A program made the translations under genes and the position numbers. Below the pieces are notes generated by a model. That model did no database searches, was not told the DNA's origin, and was given only the letters and a program-made list of their open reading frames with translations. Shown here piece by piece: positions 18,468-26,427 of a DNA stretch of 64,000 nucleotides. Source of the stretch: an uncultured delta proteobacterium (GTDB lineage: Bacteria; Myxococcota_A; Polyangia; Polyangiales; Polyangiaceae); NCBI GenBank assembly GCA_963696385.1, contig CAVOKF010000008.1:384001-448000 (forward strand), written 5' to 3'. Each line of letters opens with the position of its first letter. Position 1 is the first letter of the stretch.

Positions 18468-19940
18468 TCACTCGATGCCGAAGTACAGCAGCTGGCCGCC
18501 AATGCCGACCTGCAGCGCCAGGGCGATGGCGTTCGGATCTTGGCGCCCGCTCGAGCCGGATTGACCGGAGGCGGACGATGAGGACGACGACGCAGACCCA
18601 CCCGAGAGGTCGGCGATCGTCGGCGCCTGGCGAAAGTCGATGACCGCGTGAATGCGCACCCGAGTCTCTCTCTTGTATCCCTTCACGGCGCCGATCGCGT
18701 ACACGGAGAACACTTTGCTCTCGGTCGAAATGCTTTTGGCGAAATCGCTCTCGGATTGAAACTTGACCGGCTTCATTCCGAGCGTCGTCAACAGCGGGCC
18801 GAGCGTTCCCTGCCCCTTCATGGTGGAGATGAACTCGGCGGGTGAGCCGAACAGCGGTGCGCCCATCGTGATCGATTGGGCCATGAGGACTCCGGTAACG
18901 AAGAGCTGCATTTGCGCCGGATCGGTGCAGATGTCGGCCTGCGGCGCGCCCGAACAGACGACCGCGTAGAGCGTCAGCGGATTCGCCGTGTTCACGTTGA
19001 TCGTGCCCTGACCCCAAACCGTCATCTCGCGCTTGGTCGGATCGGCTGGACTGGGGTCGACGAACGTCGCCCAAAAATCGTCGCTGATCCCCCGCACCAT
19101 GTGCAGCTCCTCGAGCGAATCGTAGGGAGCGTTCTTGCGGCGGTAGGGCTTCGCCAGCAGTTGGTACCACGCGTCCTCGACCGCGTTGGACGATGGCGCG
19201 GCGGTCAGATCGCACGAGTAGAGCTGCTCGTCGGAGTCGGCCCAGTCGATGATGGCGGAGCAAATGGTGAGACGGTCGTTGTAGTTGCCCGTCGAGTCGC
19301 GCTGCGAAAATAGCGGATCGTATTGGATCGGCGCCATGCGCCCCATCAGTTGCCTGGCGAGGCGGAGATGGGCGATCTCGTTGGACGCGCCCATGTTGAC
19401 GTTGATCTTCGCGTCCTCGTCCACGATGAGGACCTCGAAGCGGCCTCCCACGAGACCCAGGTTCTTGCCTCCCGACAAATCCAGGCCCGACAGCCCCGTG
19501 AAATCCTTGCCCGACTCCTTGTCGTTGAAGGCGCCGAGGATGCGGTCGGCGTAGAGCCACACGGGCAGCTGCGGGACCGTCCTCTTCATGAGCGTGAAGA
19601 GAGGCGAGATGGCGCGGCGCATCGTCGGCTCGGCGGCGACGAGCAAGCGCGAGAGGTTGATGGCGCTGCGCGCGAAGTATTCGGCTTGAACGCCGTCGCG
19701 CACCGCCGTGGCGGCCGCGAACTCCGCGCTCGCGTCGTCTTGCAACTCGGCGAGCATCACGATCATGACCGCGATGGCGCCGAGGACCATGATGAGCGCG
19801 ACGCCCTGCTCGCGCCTTCTCTTGCGAGCCCGCCGGAGCGCCCCTGCCGACCCCCCTGCCGGTAGGTCGGAGAGCCCTCGGGACGGCGCAGCCGAACCGC
19901 CGCCTGCCTTCGGGGACGTCGCTTCCGAGTCCGGCGTCAT
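18468..19940 (-). CDS. gspK: T2SS minor pseudopilin K
   Basis: EQG|VALIMVL prepilin motif, DEDAKININ-like motif, IIDWAD.D, KNAPYDSLEEL..VRG, INVNTA. Confidence 0.93.
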   Translation of the reverse strand: MTPDSEATSPKAGGGSAAPSRGLSDLPAGGSAGALRRARKRRREQGVALIMVLGAIAVMIVMLAELQDDASAEFAAATAVRDGVQAEYFARSAINLSRLLVAAEPTMRRAISPLFTLMKRTVPQLPVWLYADRILGAFNDKESGKDFTGLSGLDLSGGKNLGLVGGRFEVLIVDEDAKINVNMGASNEIAHLRLARQLMGRMAPIQYDPLFSQRDSTGNYNDRLTICSAIIDWADSDEQLYSCDLTAAPSSNAVEDAWYQLLAKPYRRKNAPYDSLEELHMVRGISDDFWATFVDPSPADPTKREMTVWGQGTINVNTANPLTLYAVVCSGAPQADICTDPAQMQLFVTGVLMAQSITMGAPLFGSPAEFISTMKGQGTLGPLLTTLGMKPVKFQSESDFAKSISTESKVFSVYAIGAVKGYKRETRVRIHAVIDFRQAPTIADLSGGSASSSSSSASGQSGSSGRQDPNAIALALQVGIGGQLLYFGIE

Positions 19941-20638
19941 TGGCGGGGGATCCCGAAGGACAAGGGCTGTTGAATGGGGACCATCACCTTGGTCGTGTAC
20001 GCGTACGGCCGGCCGTCGCCGACCCCCTTGAGCACGAGCCGAATGCTGACCTCGAACGGCACCCGGTTCGGCTGACCGCTGACTTGCATCGAGTCCCACG
20101 TGTCGACCCACTGCCCGGTGGCCGGCTCGAGGTAGCGAAGGTGAAACTCCGAAACGTCCTCGGCCACCACGTCGACGATTCCGCCCTTGAGCGGGTCGAT
20201 GTCGATCGGCGTCTGCTCGCGACGGACGAGGTCCATTTTTCCCGGGACGTCCGGATCGCCCACGACGAAATAGCCCACTTCCGCCTGATCGGACTCGTGC
20301 GAATCGCGTTCGGTACGGCGGTGCGCGAATGCCGTGAAGTCGACTCGGTCGAACGGAATGGAGCTGCGGCCCACGAACGCGGTCTTCGAAGTGATGAGCG
20401 CCTGGACCGCCGGCACGTGAAGCGACAGGTAGGCGGACGACAAATCGCGCACGATTCGTTGAAGGGCTTCGCGGCCCTCGTGCGCCCGGTCGGACCGCAT
20501 CCCTTCCGCCTTCTTGCCGCGCGACAGCGAATCGATCACGCCGTGAATCAAGACGGCGACCATCGCCAGAATGCCCATGGCGACGACCACTTCGATCATC
20601 GTCATCCCGCGCGAAGCGGCCTTCACGCGCGGCGTCAT
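19937..20638 (-). CDS. gspJ: T2SS minor pseudopilin J
   Basis: RG|MTMIEVVVAM prepilin motif, RDLSSAY, WVDTWDS. Confidence 0.88.
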   Translation of the reverse strand: MTPRVKAASRGMTMIEVVVAMGILAMVAVLIHGVIDSLSRGKKAEGMRSDRAHEGREALQRIVRDLSSAYLSLHVPAVQALITSKTAFVGRSSIPFDRVDFTAFAHRRTERDSHESDQAEVGYFVVGDPDVPGKMDLVRREQTPIDIDPLKGGIVDVVAEDVSEFHLRYLEPATGQWVDTWDSMQVSGQPNRVPFEVSIRLVLKGVGDGRPYAYTTKVMVPIQQPLSFGIPRQ

Positions 20639-21453
20639 CAATGCCCCGCCGGGGTCAATACCGAGCTTGCGGCGTTCAAGGCCCCGCTCAACGCGGGCGC
20701 CGCCGAAACGACGTTCGGCGACGTGCCCCCGTCGCCGGACGCGCCCGCGTCGCCCATGGACGCGGCGAGCCCCGCGCGCGACGGATTCGTCACGTACTGG
20801 GTGAGCGTAAAATCGCGAGCGATCGCCCCTTCCTTCCACCGAACCACCACAGTGATCCGACGAATCGCCGCTTCGAGCACCGGCTTGAGCGACGGATAGA
20901 CAATCGAAAACACCATCGACAGGAGCCCCTGGGCCCCGGCGCCGCCGAACGACTGTTGCAGCGCGGAGCCGACGTTCTGGAGTCCGGTGCCGGCGTCGAA
21001 GTCCATCTGCGCGCCGCCCAGGGGATTGACGAGCACCGATCCGGTCTGACCCAGAGAACCCGTTACGCCGGGACCGCCGTCGGCATCGAGACCGAGCCCC
21101 CCGCCGAGCAGCGATCCGCCGCCGTCGCCTCCGAGTGTCGTGACCTCCGGAAGCTTGACGCGATCGACGTGCCACTCGCAGGAGAACGGGGGCACGTCCT
21201 TGTCCTCACAACAGATCGCGCTCGTGTCCTTCTCTTCGATCTCGGGAAACCCGAGTCTCAGCTGCTCTTCTTCGAGCTCGCTCATCCGACAGCGCCCGAG
21301 ATCCATGGCCTGGCTCATGTTCGCGGCGGTCTGATTGCCCGCGACCAGTCCCGCTTGAGCCGACAGAATGAACGTCACCACCGCGCCGAACAGGGCCACG
21401 GCGAAGAGCACCTCGAGCAGCGAGAATCCGGCGGACGGCAAGGAACGCAGCAT
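20638..21453 (-). CDS. gspI: T2SS minor pseudopilin I
   Basis: AG|FSLLEVLFAV prepilin motif, IRRITVVVRWKEG; Gly-rich insert. Confidence 0.85.
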   Translation of the reverse strand: MLRSLPSAGFSLLEVLFAVALFGAVVTFILSAQAGLVAGNQTAANMSQAMDLGRCRMSELEEEQLRLGFPEIEEKDTSAICCEDKDVPPFSCEWHVDRVKLPEVTTLGGDGGGSLLGGGLGLDADGGPGVTGSLGQTGSVLVNPLGGAQMDFDAGTGLQNVGSALQQSFGGAGAQGLLSMVFSIVYPSLKPVLEAAIRRITVVVRWKEGAIARDFTLTQYVTNPSRAGLAASMGDAGASGDGGTSPNVVSAAPALSGALNAASSVLTPAGH

Positions 21454-21456
21454 GGC

Positions 21457-22191
21457 TCAATATCCGTTGTCGACGCGATCGGATGCCGTCGTGTCGTCGG
21501 TCGGCATCTTGAGGTCCGCGGCGCCGCCCTTCACCGTCACTTTGCCGGTGAGCGGGGACACGAGCAGGGTGAGCACGGTCTCCGTCGCGCCGGTGCCGAT
21601 GCGCAGCTGGATGGACGCCCGCTCGGTCAGTCCACCCGCCCAAAAGTACAGATACGCTCGGCCCGATCGCCGCGGCTCGTCGTCGTGCGCCGTCTGGACG
21701 GCGCGGAAGGCCACGGCGCGCCCGAGACTCTTGCCCCCTTTGCCCGCCTCGACGTCTCCGAAGCCGTACGTGTCGATGGGATGAAACAGCGGTCGCGGCA
21801 CCGGCGGCCCCTTGAGCAGCCGGTCTCCGTCCTCGAGCGCGGCCTTCTCCGCCTCGGTGACCGGATCGGCACCGCCGGTTCCCGTCTTGTCCTTGACCTG
21901 CACGAGCATCGGAACGTCGGTCTCCTCGAGCCAGATTTTCTGATGGTCGAGGTCCATCACGAGCCGAAGTTCTCGCGAGGTCGCGGTCGCCCGGGTGTAG
22001 GCCACCTTGATGGCGCTCGTGATCATCGTCACCGAACCGCGCAGCCGCGCCGACGGCAGTTGCATCGAACCGGTGACGGCCATACCCGTCACCACCGCTA
22101 TGAGCGACAGGACTACGAGGATTTCGATGAGCGTGAGCCCGCGTCGCGAACGGCGCACCCAAATCCTTTCGACGGGCGTCGTGCGGGCCAC
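21457..22191 (-). CDS. gspH: T2SS minor pseudopilin H
   Basis: RG|LTLIEILVVL prepilin motif, AYLYFW.GG, VSPLTGKV; GTG start inferred. Confidence 0.87.
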   Translation of the reverse strand: MARTTPVERIWVRRSRRGLTLIEILVVLSLIAVVTGMAVTGSMQLPSARLRGSVTMITSAIKVAYTRATATSRELRLVMDLDHQKIWLEETDVPMLVQVKDKTGTGGADPVTEAEKAALEDGDRLLKGPPVPRPLFHPIDTYGFGDVEAGKGGKSLGRAVAFRAVQTAHDDEPRRSGRAYLYFWAGGLTERASIQLRIGTGATETVLTLLVSPLTGKVTVKGGAADLKMPTDDTTASDRVDNGY

Positions 22192-22201
22192 GAGACTCGA
22201 C

Positions 22202-22669
22202 TCACTTCCCGCCCGTCGGCGTGTCCACTTGCGGAACGCGAATGTCGTCGTCGGTACCTTCCTTGCGATCCGGACCGGCGCTCGTGCACGTGATCTCGTC
22301 GGCATCGCAGGACAGCTTGTACGGGCTGCCCCACGGGTCCTTGAGATTGAACCCCGTATCGAGGTCCTTCTCCGTCTTGAGCTGCTCGACGGTCGGACAA
22401 TCCTCGCTCGGGTGCACGGCCTTCCATTGCATGGTCGCCTGACGAGCCGTGCTGCAGGCCGTCTTCCCGGCCGAGACGTTCGCCCTCTTCTGCGCCCCGA
22501 TGACGCCGATCGAAATCGCGGCGGTCAGCACGCCGATGAGGGTGATCGTAATGACGAGCTCGACCAGAGTGAGCCCCCGAGTCGCAGCCCGCAAGGCTGC
22601 ACGAGTGACCGGTTCGCGCTGGGTTTGCGGCCGCAGCTCGGCCGCACCGTTGCAAGGGACCTTGTGCAT
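22202..22669 (-). CDS. gspG: T2SS major pseudopilin G
   Basis: RG|LTLVELVI prepilin motif, KDPWGSPY, SAGPDRKEGTDDDI; GGAGGA SD before ATG 22669. Confidence 0.9.
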   Translation of the reverse strand: MHKVPCNGAAELRPQTQREPVTRAALRAATRGLTLVELVITITLIGVLTAAISIGVIGAQKRANVSAGKTACSTARQATMQWKAVHPSEDCPTVEQLKTEKDLDTGFNLKDPWGSPYKLSCDADEITCTSAGPDRKEGTDDDIRVPQVDTPTGGK

Positions 22670-22728
22670 GATTCGCTCCTCCGATGAGCTCTTGTTCGTT
22701 GTTGTCGGCGCCACACGAGCGACCTTAA

Positions 22729-23139
22729 TCATTCGACTCGGTCGAGTCCTTCGGGCTGGCCGTCGGGACCGTCGCTCGAGACGTCGAAACCGCGCGGATC
22801 TCTGCGCCCGGGACAGGTAACGCGGATGGGCCGGCCCCACGCGTCGCGGGGCAACACCTTGAGGTACCCCGCCGCCACGACCTCCGCCAGCGAGGGTGGA
22901 CAGGCACGGTCGTGGTCCGCGCGCCAGGCGGCCACCGCATTGATCGCCGTGGTGATGGCGGCGCGCGTTGCCCGCACGTTCGACTCGTACCGCTCGAGCC
23001 GGCCGAGAAGCAGGAACACCGCGAGGCACCCCAAGACGATCAACGCTTGGCGCGCGCGAGCTCGGCCGAGCACCGAGCGCACGCCACGGCGCCTCTCCCA
23101 CGGAAAGAAGACGTTGCGCTGATCGCGCTGGATGGGCAT
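22729..23139 (-). CDS. Second GspG-like pseudopilin without canonical prepilin motif
   Basis: PRDAWGRP and SSDGPDGQPEGLD T2SG-type motifs; TM lacks G|FxxxE. Confidence 0.75.
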   Translation of the reverse strand: MPIQRDQRNVFFPWERRRGVRSVLGRARARQALIVLGCLAVFLLLGRLERYESNVRATRAAITTAINAVAAWRADHDRACPPSLAEVVAAGYLKVLPRDAWGRPIRVTCPGRRDPRGFDVSSDGPDGQPEGLDRVE

Positions 23140-23151
23140 GGGACAAGGCCT

Positions 23152-24555
23152 TCATTGCTGCACGAACTCGTTCATCTGGATGAGCGGCATCAAGATCGCA
23201 AAGGCGATGAAGCCCACACCACCGCCCATGACGACCATCATGAGCGGCTCGAGCAGGCTGGTGAGCGCTTGGACTCGCGTCTCGACCTGCGTGTCGTAGG
23301 CTCTCGCGACGTTCTCGAGCATTTGCTCGAGCTGTCCGCTCCGCTCGCCGACGGCGATCATGTGCGTGACGATGGGTGGAAAGTCGCCGCTGCGCTTGAG
23401 GGGGCCGGCGATCGACTCTCCCTCTCGGATGCTGCCGGTGGCCGTCTCGATGACCTTCTCGAGCTTGCCGTTGTCGAGCACGTTCTTGACGATCTCCATG
23501 GCCTTGAGAAGCGGCACGCCGCTCCGCAGAAGCGTCGACAGCGTTCGCGCGAAGCGCGACACGGCCAGCATGCGCACCAGCGAACCGAACACGGGAACGC
23601 GCAAGAGAAACGAGTCCTTCGAAAGACGCCCGGAGGGAGTCGCGACCCATGCCGTAAGCCACGCGATAGCCAGCCCCGCGATCACGCCGAACGCCACGCC
23701 CAAGGCGTAGAGGCCGAGGGAGTCGACGCTGAAGGCGCACATCACGAGCACCCCGGCCGCGAGGAACGCGACGACGACGAACAGAAGGTGCTTGACCCGA
23801 TCGCCAGGCTTGTATTCGCGCAGAGCCGATCGCGTGAGCGTAAATGTCACGAGAGACACGACGAATCCGAGCATTTCGTTCGATCCGATGAAATGCGACG
23901 TGCCGATGAGCAGCTGCGTGTACCAGGGCAGCGCTCGGTCCATGCTCTCGAAGATCGACGTCACTTTGGGCACGACGACGATCATCATGACGGTGACGAG
24001 CACCGATCCGATGACGAGCATGAGCGCCGGGTACGCGAGCGCCGCCCCGACCTTGCCGCGCAACTTCGATTGCGACTCGAGAAAGTCGGCGAGCCGTTCG
24101 AGCACCCCCTCGAGGGTACCGGAGGCTTCGCCCGCGGCGACCATGCTCACGTACAACTTGGAGAAGACGTGAGGATAGGGTTCCAACGCTTTTGCGAGCG
24201 AGCTGCCCTCGTTGAGCCGATCGACGATTTGGGTCAAAACGCGCTTGAGCTCGAGCTTCTCCATCTGCTCGATGAGGGCCCCCACGGCTTCGACCAGAGG
24301 GATGCCCGCGGCCACGAGCGTCGCGAGCTGACGCGTCATCATCGAAACGTCGTCGACGCTCACACGACGGACGAACAGGCTGGCCGGCGCGGCCCGATCG
24401 CCCGCGCGGGCCTTGTGCTCCTCGCGTGCGCTCGTCAGCAGAACACCCTCGCGCTTGAGCACGGCGCGCAGCGACTTGGCGTTGTCCGCGTCGCGCACGC
24501 CGTGAGCGTTCTTGCCGGTCGACGCGAAAATCCCCCTGTACTCGAAGACTGCCAT
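23152..24555 (-). CDS. gspF: T2SS inner-membrane platform protein F
   Basis: TRQLATLVAAGIPL, AGEASGTL, ALAYP, GERSGQLEQML, LLEP. Confidence 0.95.
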   Translation of the reverse strand: MAVFEYRGIFASTGKNAHGVRDADNAKSLRAVLKREGVLLTSAREEHKARAGDRAAPASLFVRRVSVDDVSMMTRQLATLVAAGIPLVEAVGALIEQMEKLELKRVLTQIVDRLNEGSSLAKALEPYPHVFSKLYVSMVAAGEASGTLEGVLERLADFLESQSKLRGKVGAALAYPALMLVIGSVLVTVMMIVVVPKVTSIFESMDRALPWYTQLLIGTSHFIGSNEMLGFVVSLVTFTLTRSALREYKPGDRVKHLLFVVVAFLAAGVLVMCAFSVDSLGLYALGVAFGVIAGLAIAWLTAWVATPSGRLSKDSFLLRVPVFGSLVRMLAVSRFARTLSTLLRSGVPLLKAMEIVKNVLDNGKLEKVIETATGSIREGESIAGPLKRSGDFPPIVTHMIAVGERSGQLEQMLENVARAYDTQVETRVQALTSLLEPLMMVVMGGGVGFIAFAILMPLIQMNEFVQQ

Positions 24556-24588
24556 GGCCTTTTCGCTCCGGGATCGTTGCCGCCGGCG

Positions 24589-26424
24589 TCAGGCCCCGAC
24601 GGCGACAGCCTCGCGATGGGTGGGCGGCGGCGCCGCCGCCTCCGATTCCACATCCTCCTGGGTTGCCGCGAGGACCTCTTCGACGCTCGTCATGCCTGCG
24701 ATGACTTTGCGCGCGCCGTCGTCTCGCAAGCTGTCCATGCCCATCTCCCAGGCCACGCGCTTGATCGTTTGCGCGTCCGACTTGCGCAGGATGAGCGGAC
24801 CGACGGCGTCGTCGATGAGCAGCAGCTCATAGATGCCCCGGCGGCCGCTGAACCCCGTGTTCGCGCATCGATCACACCCCGGAGCCTTGAAAAACGTCGG
24901 ACGCCTGTCCGGGTCGAACGTCTCGAGCGGATCGGGCTCCGAGAGCGTGCGCGGGAAGTAGCGGGATGCCGGGTTCGAACGCCGCGCAACCCGCGCTCGA
25001 CAGCGATCGGCCGTCAGGCTGAGCTCCTCGAGTTCGGACTCCTCGGCGGGATAAGGGTACTTGCAATGAGCGCACAGCACGCGCACGAGCCGCTGCGCTA
25101 AAATGCCAATCACGCTCGAGCGAAGGAGAAACGGCTCGGCCCCCATGTCGATCGTGCGCGTGATGGCGCCGGCCGCATCGTTCGTGTGTATGGTCGACAG
25201 GACGAGGTGGCCCGTGAGCGAGGCGTTGATCGCGATCTCGAGCGTCTCGCTGTCGCGGATCTCGCCCACCATGACGATGTCCGGGTCTTGACGGAGGAAG
25301 GCGCGAAGCGCACTGGCGAACGTCAGCCCGATCTTGGGCTGGACGTGGACCTGGTGGATCCCCTGAATCTCGTATTCGACCGGATCCTCGGCCGTCAAGA
25401 TGTTCAAGTTGGGCTGATTGATCCGATTGATGCAAGCATACAGGGTCGTCGTCTTTCCGCTGCCGGTCGGGCCCGTGACGAGAATGATCCCGTCGGGTCG
25501 GCGGATCAGCCCGTCCATCAGCGCGTACTCGCGCGGGCTGAACCCGAGGTCGGGCAGATCGAGAAGAACGCTCGACTTGTTCAAGAGGCGCATCACGATG
25601 CGCTCGTAGCCTCGGCTCGTGGGTATGGTGCTCACGCGGATGTCGAAGCTCTTGCCGGCGATCTTCTTGGCGATGCGTCCGTCCTGCGGGAGCCGTTTTT
25701 CCGCGATGTTCAGCGAGCTCTCGATCTTGAGGCGGCTGATGATGCTGTTCATGAAGGCGCGCGGCGCGCGGCGCGCCACATAGAGCTCGCCGTCAATCCG
25801 ATAGCGGACGATGACCTCTTTTTCTTCCGGCTCGATGTGGATATCGCTCGCGCGCTCCTTCATCGCCTGCAAGAAGAGCGAATTGACCCAACGAATGACG
25901 GGCGCTTCGTCGTCGGAGTCGAGAATGTCGCTCGCGGCCTCCTCGTCGACGCTCGACTCGTCACTCTCGAGCTGCTCCTCGCCGGCCTGCTTCTCGTAGA
26001 CGCGGTTGATCGCGTCCTCGATCCGCTCCCTGCCACCGACGAACGCTTCGGTCGGCTTGCCGAAAATGACCCGGATGTCGTCGAGCGCCTGGGTGTCGAA
26101 CGGGTCGCAACAGACGACGTAGACCGCCGCATCGTCCTCGCGCAAGACGAGCACCTTGTGCGCTTTGGCGAACGCGATCGGAACGCGCGTCGCCACCGCA
26201 GTGGAAATCGTCGCCGGATCGATCCGTTCGATCAGCGGCAGTTGGGCCTCCTCGCCGAGCACCCGCGCCAGGGCCATCTCGTCGACCCCTCCCGCGTTCA
26301 CGAGCAAATCGAGCAGATCGGTGCCACGCTCGCGCTGAACGGCCCACAATCCCTCGAGCTTGTCGGCGGCGATGACGCCCCGACGCGCGAGCAAATCGCC
26401 CAGGAAGCGTTCCTCGGCAGCCAT
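24589..26424 (-). CDS. gspE: T2SS ATPase E
   Basis: RASDIHIEP, EKRLPQDGRI, GPTGSGKTTT, LRQDPDIVMVGEIRD, TGHLVLSTIHTN, CxxC...CxxC. Confidence 0.97.
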   Translation of the reverse strand: MAAEERFLGDLLARRGVIAADKLEGLWAVQRERGTDLLDLLVNAGGVDEMALARVLGEEAQLPLIERIDPATISTAVATRVPIAFAKAHKVLVLREDDAAVYVVCCDPFDTQALDDIRVIFGKPTEAFVGGRERIEDAINRVYEKQAGEEQLESDESSVDEEAASDILDSDDEAPVIRWVNSLFLQAMKERASDIHIEPEEKEVIVRYRIDGELYVARRAPRAFMNSIISRLKIESSLNIAEKRLPQDGRIAKKIAGKSFDIRVSTIPTSRGYERIVMRLLNKSSVLLDLPDLGFSPREYALMDGLIRRPDGIILVTGPTGSGKTTTLYACINRINQPNLNILTAEDPVEYEIQGIHQVHVQPKIGLTFASALRAFLRQDPDIVMVGEIRDSETLEIAINASLTGHLVLSTIHTNDAAGAITRTIDMGAEPFLLRSSVIGILAQRLVRVLCAHCKYPYPAEESELEELSLTADRCRARVARRSNPASRYFPRTLSEPDPLETFDPDRRPTFFKAPGCDRCANTGFSGRRGIYELLLIDDAVGPLILRKSDAQTIKRVAWEMGMDSLRDDGARKVIAGMTSVEEVLAATQEDVESEAAAPPPTHREAVAVGA

Positions 26425-26427
26425 CGC

